64,000 bases of DNA from Chrysomallon squamiferum (Eukaryota > Animalia > Mollusca). Below are positions 28,573 through 42,029 of this stretch, one piece after another; positions within the stretch are counted from its first letter, which is position 1, and each line of letters opens with the position of its first letter. The translations under genes were made by a program, and so were the position numbers. The stretch covers positions 8,990,001 through 9,054,000 of the forward strand of contig CM022667.1 in NCBI GenBank assembly GCA_012295275.1, given 5' to 3'. Below the pieces are notes generated by a model, which was given only the letters and a program-made list of their open reading frames with translations, made no database searches and was not told the origin of the DNA.

Positions 28573-30101
28573 CGTATAAAGTCAGCCGACAAGTTTGCTT
28601 TGTGTAAAATAATTCACCTACACGGCTCACGTGGAAGCCAGGTGCAGTGAAAAGTGAACCACGCAAAACAAACACACAGAATCAACAAGTATCAGACCCA
28701 CGTGACTCAGTCCCACTCCAGCTCATGTCAGCTTTCTGCATCGCCGCGCACCGCACAGGATCCAATTTACCAAACAGAAGAGACACTAAAACGTTTGGGC
28801 TTTAAGTTCCCCCCTTTTCTTAAAGTGCTGCTGTTGTTATTGTTATTGCTGTTGCTGTTGTTGCTATTGTTGTTGTTGTTGTTGTTATTGTTGCTGATGT
28901 TGTTATTATTACTATTAATCTTAATACAACTAATTTTTTTCTTTTTTTTTCTTTGATTCATTCCTTCTAGTTCTCTTTAATTCTCAGTTAATTAATATTT
29001 AAGCTCTAAACGATTGTAACTGTAGTCCATACGGTTTATTATGTTTGTTTGAATTACAAACTGAATACATCTTTGTTTCCAAGAAGAAAAAAAAAAAAAA
29101 CTTTATGTTAATAAATAACAACAACAATAAATAAATAATTAAATACATACATAAATAAACATTAGGTTCAGAAAGAAAACACTTGGCAGGTTCTTCGATC
29201 AGTCTTTATCAAAGTGTCCAATGCCTTTTTCACAATCCAACACGGCCACTGTACAAATGTTGGTATGTACTTCTTGAGTGTCGCGGGTTTTCTGTCTGCG
29301 CTATTAGTTATGTAAGAATATTAAAATCAGGTTCCAGTTTTATAATCTTCAAGACTGAGATGTTGTAAACAAGATTATGTTTATTTACCATTCATTTATT
29401 TATTCATTCATTCATTTCTAAATTAATTAATCCCTCATTCTTATATTCACCTCATGTATTCATTATTATTTCATATTAATACTTTTTCATTCACTCACTC
29501 AGCCAATATTTTATTATCTCATTCCTCACTCCTCAGTCTATCATTTTATTCATTCAGTCTTCCATGCGCTTTTTTTCTTTGTTTTTCTTTCCCCGCCTGT
29601 GTAAGAGAAAAATAACGAAACCAGAACAGAGACAGACCAACTCGTGAGTCAAAAAAAAAAAAAAAAATCGTGTCCCAAGCGAGACTTAAACGGTCCAGAA
29701 CATTTTGTTCTGTTTGTAAATATCAAGTTTCCTCTCTCTCTTTGGCTACAAAATTGGTTTCGTTTGTGGAAACAGGGACGCGTGAGATGTCAAAAGAAAA
29801 CGCAGGTTTCTTTAGGTCAGTTCCAAACAAAAAGTGCGATATTAAAAGACGTATTAAGTGATGCAGGGTTGACGGGAACACGAAAATGACGTCACTGTTT
29901 GAACGGACGTGCAGTAAGTACATTTCTTTTTTTTTTTTAGTGCTGTATTTCTGAGGAATTAGTGTTACAGACTCGCTTATACAGGTACATAGCACGCACC
30001 TACACACACGCACAGACAGAAATAAACCATACACATATATTGACACAGCTACGTAGAGTGGTAACAAAAGTGAAAAAGGAAACGAGGTAGAGACAGAAAA
30101 G

Positions 30102-30219
<118 letters not shown>

Positions 30220-30849
30220 ATTTATAACATTATATATTGCGTTCCTCATTGCTATAATTAGCCGCTTTCATTGGTATCTTAGGAAGCATGCTTGGTATAC
30301 TATTTACGTACATCAAAGTATATTTCAGAGTTAATGAAAGTAGTTTATCAGACCATGGAAAATTGTTATTTTGTGGCTTAAAAGATAACAAATATTATCA
30401 CTTTTTAAGTCCGTATTCATTCAGCTGGAATTATTATATTTACAGGGTTTTTATGTAGATAAAAGATAGATGTGTTTTGTGAACTCCTAAACGATTATTT
30501 CGTTTGAAACCAGTTTTGCTAGTAACAGAATTTTTTAATGATGGTTTCTTCAAAATTTACAAAACAGTTCTAATAATTATCATTTTCTTCATACCATCGT
30601 CTCATACGTAATGGTGAGGCTTTATTATCAAAAAAGATTGGTTGTCCCAAACAAATAAAATAATCACTCGAAAATATAAAAACGTTAGTCTATTTGTAAC
30701 GTCAAAATATGTTTTAAGTGTGTAACGATATAATCAAAGATTAAAAAAGCCAATTCTTTGTTTTCAACTGGTTAATACGAAAAGAAAGTTTTGTATGCAG
30801 ATTCGTTTATTTGTTTATTTATTAGTCAGTGGTTACTGATGTAACCGAG

Positions 30850-30975
30850 TTCTCGTTGTGACGTCATGTGTTTGCAGTTTACGAAATGATCAGCGAGTGG
30901 TGAATTACAAGCGTAACAAAAGCGCCGACGAGTGCGCAGGGAGTGGCAAACCCGGAAGTAGTTTCCGCTCACGTA
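30850..30975 (+). promoter_or_regulatory. Promoter-like region with CRE and ETS motifs
   Basis: TGACGTCA at 30859, CCGGAAGT at 30952, CpG-rich, ~250 bp upstream of the 31205 exon. Confidence 0.5.
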
Positions 30976-31094
30976 TTTTCTTCCACATGTGCTTGCGCAT
31001 CTTGTACAACTGAATATTGTAACCACCTTGTCCATCTGGACAGAGCGTCTTCTTTAACCAGGCTTCTCTGTGTGTTCAGTGGTTTCGGGTTGTC

Positions 31095-31139
<45 letters not shown>

Positions 31140-31204
31140 GTTTGGTATCAATAGCTGTGAACTTAGACTGCATATATATATAACTATATATATATACAAT
31201 CAAA

Positions 31205-31222
31205 ATGTTTATTAAGTGCACG
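31205..31222 (+). CDS. Candidate alternative first coding exon (MFIKCT), phase 0
   Basis: Strong invertebrate-type start context CAAAATG, 6 codons, donor ACG|gtaagt. Confidence 0.55.
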
Positions 31223-31747
31223 GTAAGTAGAAGTCAATTAATAAATAAGAATGACATTTTATTATCACTTTGTGTGTGTGTGTGTTTGCAATTTTACAGA
31301 TATACGTTATTAAACGTTATTAACAGTTACTAATCTGTTGTCAGATCTAACACGAAATCAATTCTCTTCAGTGCATTGCTTCTTGTTTTCCTAAGTGCTT
31401 GCTCTCTTTTGGGCACACAACGCACGCAGTTCACGTACTGTACGCACCTGGAATAACTCTTCGATAAGATGTTAATTAATCAGACATTTTTATAAGCTAG
31501 GCTAGTTTGTAAATGAAATGAGTACGTCACTTACACTAAACCGATAAACAAAAAAATATGTCGTTTGCATCTGTCTGTGAAGTGTCGCTGTGAATGTTAA
31601 ACTGATGTTAGAGACACTAGGTACTGTAAGACGAAATGTCGTAACGTTTATCAAAAGTCTCTTTTCATTTTATTACTAGTCTATCGTGTCCATCTGCTTG
31701 CCTGAAGCAAAATATTCTCTTCTACCTATCATCTATCTATCTATCTA

Positions 31748-31808
<61 letters not shown>

Positions 31809-32039
31809 ATATATGTATCTGACTGTCTTAAATCACCCCATAAACTATCTCTATATCTGGATGTCTGTCTGTCTACTATATATATCTATGATGAAGATCA
31901 AACAGATATATTCTAACTGGATATAATTTTACTATATATCTGAACTGATATGCATTACATTTGTTCCAACTAGAAAAATGTATTTCACTTTTCTCTTTTC
32001 GATGTCACTTTAACCCTTTTTCTTAAAAACGTGATAACC

Positions 32040-32669
32040 TTTGACCCGCCAGTGGGTGGTTCTTAAGGACAGACTCTCTCTCTCTCTCTCTCTCTCTTTC
32101 TCTGTAGAGTGCAACACTTCACTGTTATCTGCGAGACCGGGGACCGACTGAACAGCGTCAACAACCACCTGCAACAGGTTACGCGGCCGCTGGCTGATGT
32201 ATCGCCTTTCCGTGCATCTCTTCCAGTCTTTAGGCGAATTGGAAGAAAATCAGCGGAAGCTGCCGTCGCCATATTGTTTTAATTCTGACTTCGCGGCACG
32301 ACGGCGACCTCGCTGCGATGACGTGTCACGTGATCTCTGCCCCTTCATTGTTCAAGCCACAGTTCTGACGCGATCTGGTTGCAGAATCGACGTCAGCTCG
32401 ACTGGTGTTTTGTGAGACGTGAAATCTACCTAATTTCCTCAAGTAGAAAACTTACGTTAACGATATTTGCTGCTCTTCGCGGTTTTCTGGGGTTTTTTTT
32501 CCCCCGCATACAGCTAATGAGGACCAGACCTATATAATTATCTTCCATTTGGCATAGATCTGTGACACTCTTGTTTTCGTAATTAACAAGTTGTAGTTAT
32601 TTTGGCTTACATCAATTTTGTCTTTTATTATGCTTATTTACCTTCATTAAGATTACTGGTGTATCGGAG
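32040..32669. promoter_or_regulatory. CpG-rich, possibly bidirectional promoter region
   Basis: GC/CpG island-like. Minus-strand YY1-type AATATGGCG at ~32270; GTCACGTGA at 32325; plus-strand donor GAG|gtgagc at 32669 with no in-frame ATG (non-coding exon?). Confidence 0.45.
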
Positions 32670-33494
32670 GTGAGCCAGTTGAAATGTTTTGTTATTTTCT
32701 TGTGTGTGTGTGTGTGTATGTGTGTGTGTGTGTGTGTGTGTGTCTGTGTCTGTATGTGTGTGTGTGTATGTATTTTTATTTGTCTTTACATAATATTATT
32801 AAAAAGAACTGTTTTGTTGAACATACAAACACACGCATATGTATGTATGTATATATATATATTATAAATACACACACACATACACACACAGAAAGGCGAA
32901 CATGCACGAACACAGAATTACAGAGACTGCTTACAGATATATCTGTGATCTTTACATTACTGTTTCATTAGTTCTGTTCATCTTGCTTATGCATCGTTTC
33001 TGTGACAAAAGTTGATATATTCAACACGCTGAGATCGTATCGCGTTGTAGTAAACTTTTAATGTAAACAAATATGAAGCACTACAATTTCTGAACCCAGT
33101 TCCCAAACAAAAATCCATTAAATAATCCAGTACAAAAAAAAAGAAAAGAAAAAAAAAGAAATTGTTTAACAGATATCATCATTTTTAATATCCCAAAATT
33201 ATGTATTCACTTATTTATTCATTAATCATTATAAATCATCAAGACAACTCTTCAGATCTGCTACCTTGTGTTATAATTACATTTATTTATCAGAGGAAAT
33301 CAGAACGGACGTTTTATTGCACAGTTGTAACACAGCGTTCCTGCAAAACCTAATTTTGTATCGAGTTTTTTTTGTTGGTTTTTTTTCTAACTTGTTCCCG
33401 TCCGTTTGAAACACGATATCATAATTCGACAACTTCACGCTTAATTTAATTTGTTGACAATGTAACGGTTAATGTAATTTATAAACACCGGAAC

Positions 33495-33920
33495 AATTAA
33501 TTTAATTTCTTGACAGTTTAACAGTAAATCCAATTTCTTGACAGTTTAACTGGTAATTTAATTTCTTGACAAATTTAACAGTTAATTTAATTTCTTGACA
33601 GTTTAACTGGTAATTTAATTTCTTGACAAATTTAACAGTTAATTTAATTTCTTGACAAATTTAACAGTTAATTTAATTTCTTGACAAACTTAACAGTTAA
33701 TTTAATGTCTTGACAATTTAAACAGTTAATTTAATTTCTTGACAATTTAATTGTTAATTTCTTAACAATTTAACTATTAATATAATTTCTTGACAGTTTA
33801 CCTGTTAATATAATTTCTTGACAATTTAACAGTTTATTTACTTTCTTGACAAATAATCAGTTTATTTAATGTCTCTACGATATGACAGTTTATTTAATAT
33901 CTCTATTGTATGACAGTTAC
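33495..33920. repeat. 28-29-bp minisatellite (aatttaatttcttgacaaatttaacagtt)
   Basis: About 13 units, decaying at both ends. Confidence 0.92.
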
Positions 33921-34212
33921 TTTCATTGCTTCTGACGTTCTCAGTCTCTCAGCAGACTTGATAACTTTCCATTGATTTATCACTCGGCACACAATGGACT
34001 CAAGTTAAATGGCAAACTGTTGTCGTAGTTGATGCTAGTTTTATGATACGATCGCTGGCGTTCAAATGGCAATTAATTAAACGTAGCGGATTCTTTGAAT
34101 CTCCGCTGCTGAATCAAAAGACTTGACGAACCCGAGAGAAACATTTTTATTACGGAAATGTGTCCTATCAGGTCAGTAGGACAATTTATAGTCTTATAAT
34201 ATCTATACGTCC

Positions 34213-34357
34213 GTATGTATGTATGTATGAATGTATGTATGTATGTATGTATGTATGTATGTATGTATGTATGTATGTATGTATGTATGTATGTATGTAT
34301 GTATGTATGTATGTATGTATGTATGTATGTATGTATGTATGTATGTATGTATGTATG
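34213..34357. repeat. (ATGT)n microsatellite
   Basis: Seen directly. Similar (ATAC)n at ~51386-51505 and (CTAT)n at ~49897-49990. Confidence 0.95.
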
Positions 34358-36265
34358 TTTATGTTTGTCCAGGCTCTTCTTTATTGAATCTTGGTTGAAT
34401 GCAAAAAGAAATGTTGACTGGTATGAGTGGTATGTAACAATAATGTCGAATAACAACGGCAACAACAACAGCAGCAGTAACAACAATAATTATAACGGAA
34501 CAAAGATATTACAAAACAAAAAAAACAACAACAAAAAAAAAAAAAAAAATAATAACAGCAACAAGAGCAAAATAATAATATTCTGTATCTATCTTTTAAA
34601 TACAATTTACTTCACTAATTAATTACAATTTAAAAAAATAACGTGCAGAAGCAGTAATTTTAGACCCATCGTCATAATCATTTATTGATGGTCATTACAA
34701 TTGTTCGTTCTTTCTGTGCCAGTACAATACTTGAACAAACATTTGTCGTAGAAAGTCTCAAATACGTTAACAAAAGCTCCAGTCAACGGTCTCTGTTTGC
34801 TTTCGCACGTCAGCTCAGATCTGTCAATATATCACGCATGGAAACACTGTTTTTCAATTTAACGTATCAGAGCCACATCATTACGCTACACACAGTTCTG
34901 TTACTCATTTGTCTGCAGAGACGTACGGTTATTTTTCAATGGCGCAAAATGATTTAGTGCTGGTTACGCAGTACCGTACGGCGAAGGATTAATTTTCGTT
35001 TCGTTTCTGATTGGCGCATGTTTTATATTACCCCGTCAATTGCTCACAGCTTCGCCATTCCGATATTGTTTATAAACAACGGAACGAATTTTTATTAATT
35101 GCTCCGAATAAAACGTTCGGGGGTGTTGAGGTTTACACGTTGAGGCAATTATTTGTTGTGTGTGGTTTTTGAAAAATACAAAAATACCAGTGTTGTGCTT
35201 TTAATTAAATCGGAACCATAAATCGGTAATAATCTTTGTTCACGCCCAAAGTGTATAAAAAAAAAAAAAAGACTTGGAAAAACCCCCCAACAACATTTTA
35301 ACAAGTAATTTATTGCAGTATTAGCTGTGCAACATATGCAGAATGCTTTGTATTCGTCGCTTGAATGGTTCATTTCTCGATTTGAAACGCTGCAGTTTTG
35401 AACGATTTTTGCTTTTTAGAACCCGGACTTGTAAATCATCACGGGATGTAACGATGACGGAACAGCGAACTGCTACGAAATGATAAATCTTTAAATAATC
35501 AGAAGCAAAAATAAACACACCATCAGTTTTTCATCTGCTTGTTCGGATACATTAAAAAAAAAAAAAAAAAAAAAAATTGATAATAATAATAATAATAAAA
35601 AAAATAGTGAAAGATATTTTAAGGAAAGTAAAAAAAGAAGAAGAAGAAAAAAAAAATGAGGTGAAGAAGACGGAAGAAAAAGAAAGTGAAATGACGATGT
35701 ATCTGATTTCGGAGGATACCTAATTCCGGAAACAAAGACCCGTGTGGAAGGTCACGTGTTCTGCTTCAGGTCACCTAATTGGACAATTAGCACGAGCCGC
35801 GCGTGCCAGCACATTTTCTTCTTCATCGAGCCGACGCTGGAACCACCGAAGAGAAACCAGAATTGTGTAGGAAACTAACGGATGTGAAATAAACTGATTC
35901 ACGGCTTATCACTGTGGAATGTGATTGTGAATTCTTCATGCGGTTCTTGTTGGAGTACAGTCTGTCTGTCTGTCTCGTCTGTCTTGTAGCTTCGAGCTGC
36001 ACGTAACACGAGTTAGCTTCCAGCCAATCAGACAACAGCGTGCAGAACGAGCGCAGTTAATTAATAACTAGAAGTAGCGATATTTAGAACTGTTTATAAC
36101 AACTTTTATTTCCCCTCGAAAATCTCTGTTATGAAAGACTAAAATTAAATATTTATCTCATGCAACATACAAAACGTTCCCTATTTCATTTTACTGACTT
36201 CTTAATTACTGATTCTTCTTCCACTTCTTTTTCTGAGCTGAAATTACTAATAGTAAATAAATAAG

Positions 36266-36296
<31 letters not shown>

Positions 36297-38269
36297 GTGA
36301 AAAAACTAAGAGAGAGAGAATGTAATTCGTAATTTTTTTTTTCTGTGCATATCTTACCTGTTGTCGTCATAGCCATATTTTTTCAGTTAAGCATACTCGA
36401 ATCAGAATGTTTCATTAATGTAACAAATAGCGACTGTTAAGTGGAATTTTTTTTTCAGATAACAAAAACCTCTATGAAAACAGTGAAAATTCCCCGGTGG
36501 TTGTTGAAACATGACTTATTTGAAGTAAATCAACACCTGTCGTTAAAATTTAACACAACAAGAAGCAAAAATAATCTGATCTGTTTTCCTCCTCTCATTT
36601 TTGTTTAAACAACTGTTTTGAAAAGCCACATCTTTGTACGTAGCCTGGGCCAACTCCGCAAACGTCTTGCTTGGCAATAATTAGTCTGAAAAGAGAAATC
36701 ACAAAATACAAGAAGCGTAAGAAAATCCATTTGTTATCGTAAAAATATGTTTTGGATGGTTTTGATTTATTTAAATAGGGTACGTCAGTCAGTCAGATGT
36801 TTAACTACGTTTTATCGACGCTAAAAGTGAAGAAGAAAGATTGTGTTTTGAAACGTCGACCTTCTACACGATAAAACTTTGTGCAAAGACCGTTTTGAAC
36901 CACTAATACACACGAGAATCAAATATCACATTATTTGTGTTGCTTGTTTGACAAGGTAAACACATATATTTTTTTTTAAATTTATTTTTTTTTTTTTTTT
37001 TAAATGTAATAAAATAGTTATTACGCAATCTCATTTTAGAACAGCGATCTATTCAAACAGACAAACAATTTTCAGAGCCAGGAAATGATATAAAAGAAAC
37101 ATTCTATTTGACTTTCAAAAGAGGAGTTCAAACCGAAAATAAACTTGAAAAGACTGTTCGGCGTAACTTGTTGTTATTCTGGTTGTAGTTTCTTGACATT
37201 TTACCTGCATTCACCATTGATCGATTAGTGTGAATATTTTGCCAACTGGAGAAATCACTGGCTGGAAAGACTTTTATTGGTGGAAACCGTTCACTGCACA
37301 ATACGTCTGCACATTCTCCAATTGGATCAAACCGCAGCGACTAACAATGGTTCAGGATGTCTGATGCATCGCTTGCTGCATGTCAAATAAACACACAAAA
37401 CAAACACTGGTGCATGTTTTTTTTGGTTTTTTTTAAATACTTCAGAACAGAATGCAGCATCGCATCAGAGGGCGGACTGGAATGTGTTTTGTAGTCGCTG
37501 AGTTATTTACTCAAGTCGCACAACTGTGGACGAAGAGAAATCGGGGTACGTCGTCTGTGTTGCATTTTTTAAAACTGGTACAGTGATTTAAATAAAAAAG
37601 AACCAAACAAAAAAATAAAAAATATATATATATAAAAATCTGGCGAAGGACGACATCAGTGTTGTTTTTTTACGTTAACTACAAAAAAAAGATTAACTTT
37701 GCTTTCAGAGTTTGCCAGGCTCGATCGTAATTGTGAGAAATATTTGAGAGGAATCGTGAAGAATAATTGGTGGTGAGATATTTTGCAGAGACTGATTTCT
37801 GACAGTTTCCAAACCTGGCTGTCTTAATTTTATAAGCGTTACAACTATCCAGTAACAGTGCAAGGTTTCTAAACGTGACAGAATTCGCTGGTGATTGTGG
37901 GTGGTGTTTCCACTGAATTATGGCCATCTTGAAATGCCCTTTTTATTGCTAACGACTTCACTGATTGATTGAAACGTTACTGGACATTGAGATGGTCATT
38001 TTTTCATCACCAGATATGTTGTTCCTATTAAGACAGTAGCAAAGTAAAAGTCTGTCGTCGGTTTTGGAGGATATTGACATTGCTGTATTTATATATTAAT
38101 TTTAACATTCCGTTAAAAAAATATTTATTTAAAAAAACTGGGAATTTTAAAAACAATTGTTTTTACATTTTTCTACAATATTTCAAGGATATTGCTGATT
38201 CGCTTATTACCTTTCGTAACTTATCAGTTATAGCAGTTTGACAGATGATAAAAATATTATATAATTAAA

Positions 38270-38900
38270 TAGGACAAAAACATATTATATAAAATCAAAT
38301 AAGACCCTAGACGTTAAAAAAGGACATCAAACAAGACAGTATCAAAAAAGGATCATACAGGATATCGAAAGTGTCAGGATAAATGAAATTCTAGAAAATA
38401 TAACATCCAAGAGGTCAAAAAGGATATCAAAGACGCCAGAATCAAAGAGATCAGATATTATATTAAAAATACAGGATCAGATATATTTTACAGGATTATA
38501 ATCTCCAAGAGGTCACAACATATATCAAATGCATTAGGATCAACAGGATCGTAAAGGATAGTAAAAGATTCAAAATCAAAGATATTTTAAAGGATATAGG
38601 ATAGAAAAAGCCAGAAGGATATCAAAGGCATTAGGATTTACTGGATCATACAGGATATCAAAAAATTCAGGATCAAATATATTTCAAACGATGTAGGATT
38701 CATGAGGCCACAAGGGATATCAAAGACATTAGGATAAACTGGATCATAAAGGATATATAAAACAATTCAGGATCAACGATATTTTAAAGGATATCAGAGA
38801 CATTAGCATTAGCAAGAACTTAAAGGATAGTAAACGATTCAGGATCAAAGAGATCTTAAGGATATAGCATCCACAAGGTCTAAAAGGATATTACGACTGA
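38270..38900. repeat. Degenerate GGAT-rich tandem repeat
   Basis: Recurring aggatatcaaa..cattaggat...ggatcat...attcaggatcaa.gat.ttt modules. Confidence 0.75.
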
Positions 38901-39329
38901 ACAGAACCTACGGGATATAATCAAGGATTACGATTTTCTTTACTGTTATGATTTCGGTTAAGAACTGGAGTACAAAAGCGTTTTGTATTACAGACAAAAA
39001 GATTTCATAGAGATCTTTTCCAGCAGAATGTTGGTTAAATGCATAATTAACTTCTACATTTCTCGATAATAAAAATAAAAATAAAATAATAAAATAATAA
39101 TCTCTCTTCTGAGACGTTATTAGCCTATACAGTTTCACCTGCGTGAAAAATATATTTTTATCTTACAACACGAAGACTCGGGTTATGCACCAGTGCATGT
39201 ATTTAATGACTGGGGAAAAACTAAGAGTTGGCTTTAACGTGATCCAGTGATGACGAAGATTTCGTTAACTCAACTAAAATATTCTCTGTGTGTGTTGAGC
39301 GGGATGTGAATTGTTTTTAATTGTTTCAG

Positions 39330-39377
39330 CTCATACGTGCTGAAATAAGGATGTTTAAACCTTTAAGCAAAGGCCAG
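39330..39377 (+). CDS. Candidate 48-nt internal exon, phase 0-0 (LIRAEIRMFKPLSKGQ)
   Basis: Acceptor tttttaattgtttcag, donor CAG|gtaaag. Only phase 0 is open. Confidence 0.55.
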
Positions 39378-39657
39378 GTAAAGTATATATCTATTTTTTT
39401 TTTTTAAATTAAGTTTATATTTGTATGATGCTTTAGTTATTATTATTCATACGATATGAAAGATTGTGTAAAAAAAAAAAAAAGAAAGAAAAATAAAAAA
39501 AGAAAAAAGATTATGTTTTATTTAAGTATGATGAATGCGTTAAAATTTAAATCTTTTTAAAACATTATTCATAACATAATATATATTTGTGCGCGTTCGT
39601 GTGTGCGTGCGTTTGTGTGTGCGTAATATATGGTTACGATTTGTATTTTCTTGTCAG

Positions 39658-39690
39658 GAAGATTATTCATATTACTGATGCCATACTGAG
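39658..39690 (+). other. 33-nt exon; contains a stop in phase 0 (EDYSYY*)
   Basis: Acceptor ttgtattttcttgtcag, donor GAG|gtgaga, 280 nt after the 39377 donor. Confidence 0.5.
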
Positions 39691-39759
39691 GTGAGAACAC
39701 TTTATATGTTTAAAGATTAAATTTGAAAATCTATAAGAAACAGCCAAATGGATATTAAG

Positions 39760-40115
39760 ATTCTGTAGTACAAAATATCACTATTATATAATAAGTTTAC
39801 TTCACTATTAAAAATTTATGTTACGCACAGACATGTTATAAGGAAAGAAACACCATGAAAAACTTATACTTCTGACACGTCACTATCAAAAATCTATTCT
39901 AAAGACACCGCACTATCAAATATCTGTACTATAATGGATACATCGTTATTAATAATTTATATCACAAACATATTATCTTCAAAATACGTACATATCACTA
40001 TTAAAAAATTCTTATTACGGACACATCAGCTTTAAAATACGGACACAAAAAATCATATCGCGGACACCTAACATTTATAATACGGACACTCACAGTGTCA
40101 AGTGCGGACACTTTA
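39760..40115. repeat. Degenerate ~29-bp tandem repeat (cactatcaaaaattt...acggacac)
   Basis: Recurring cactat(t/c)aaaa and cggacac motifs. Confidence 0.6.
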
Positions 40116-40577
40116 TTGACAAATTGACATTCCGTGTTTTCACGTCTGTCACGCAATCCGTGGTTTTGTGCGGTCACAGTGGTTGAATCTGGAGTCACTC
40201 TGGTGCTCATTTAGTAATGACGTGATTATTACTGTCTGACAAAAACAACTTTTTCCTCGTAATGAGTCCCGGAACGTAATTGGAATAAATTAGATAATTA
40301 AACAATATCGATTTACTGCACAGTTTTGCAGCTATTATTTTTGACATGCATGTTTGTTTTCAATAGATTACTTTGAACTTTAAATAACGTCGTGGTATTT
40401 TTATTTTTAAATTTTTTAAAATTTTTTGTTTATAATTTTCATGTCAATTTGGATAAACTCATTAATTTTGTTTGTGTGACACATTTGTTGTCAAGTTTCT
40501 TTCGTAATTCACCTTTTATCATTTTTCGCTGTCTGTCTGTATATCTGTCTGTCTTTGTCTGTCTCTCTCTCTCTTGT

Positions 40578-40687
<110 letters not shown>

Positions 40688-42029
40688 GCATGTTTCGTAT
40701 TTTAATTAAAAATTAGAAACTTAATTTTTGGGGCGATTTCTTGATAAAGAAGTTACCATTTTCATGGATTATTCCTCCTCATTATGTCCACTATAACAAC
40801 AGTCACAGTAATTATGCCCACCAGCGATTCAAACAGCTGGATTCTTAAGAGAATGTAACACGATATTATACACTGGTGTAACAGGAACTGAAGGCGCGGT
40901 TCTAAGAAAGCACCAGGAAACCAAAAGCCAGACAAAAACTCATATTACAGAGATTTGTACCAGAAGTTATCTAGGGGCTGATCCGTGGTGATATTTGACA
41001 GTTTCAAAACAACGGGCGGATCCTTAAAACTATCACTGAAGATTTTAAATCAAAGTAGAATTCTTAAGCATTATTAGAGATTTGAATATGAACAGCAGAT
41101 ATATCACTGCCACCCTAAACTATCAGATTCGACAAAGGGATGTTCCACAAAGGTCACTGAAGGGTGTTAAAGAGTCTAAAAATGGCAATGGCCGACAACC
41201 CACCCCTCTCCCTCAACCTACGTCTGCTGTAGGCCCACCTTTGTCTGTGCGTCAGAGATGTATGAATATTATTAGGTGCCATCCCGAAGCGTGTAATACA
41301 ATTCAGTAAAACACATGTCCTAATTTACAGCACGTGAATGACATTTCGCAAATCTCCGGAAAATATCAAAGCGACGTCTGCCCAGTCTGTTTATAATAAT
41401 AAGAGAATATTTTCTTCTTCAACGAGTCCGTTATATAACAAAAAATAACCCGCAAGAAGACGAAGAGGGGAGAAAAGAGATTTGTCGTTAAGTCCTTTTT
41501 AACCTGTTGGATTGATTCGAAATCCGAGAGATAATTCTGGAAAACGATTTAGGTTTATAAATATGCATCTTCTTAGAAAAAGTGATTATTTTATAAAACT
41601 TTTGGAAAATAGTCAATTCGCCGCTGCATGTCTGTACATGTCTGTTTGAAAACCTTTTGGATTTTGCAACTTTTAACAAACACGGGGAGATTATGATTCG
41701 ACTTTTGTGAACTAATTATTCTGAAATCAAGCGAGAAACAGGAAGTGAGAAAATAACATGGCAGAAATCGCGATACCGGAAGTACATAAATAAATAAGCT
41801 AACTTTTTTTGTGTGTGTGAAGAGTTTGTTGTTTGACCCTTGGTAATGAAATCTTTGAAAAACACAAAAACTTTGTAATAAGTGAGAGGATTCATGAAAT
41901 AAGTTGATGAAGACCGAAGTTCCAGTTGGCGATAGACGTGACTTCTTCATCTTTTACCACCAGATGTCGTTTCAGTGAACAAGAACTAAACCAGACTTTT
42001 CTGTCATCGTGTTTGATAACTTATCTAGT

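Noticed and set aside
32063-32272. Minus-strand ORF MATAASADFL...
   Set aside because: The ATG is part of a YY1-type motif, there is no convincing donor, and the frame runs into an (AG)n repeat. Treated as a promoter feature.
40850-41250. MITE-like element (ggggctgatcc / gggcggatcc motifs)
   Set aside because: I could not define matching terminal inverted repeats or a target-site duplication.
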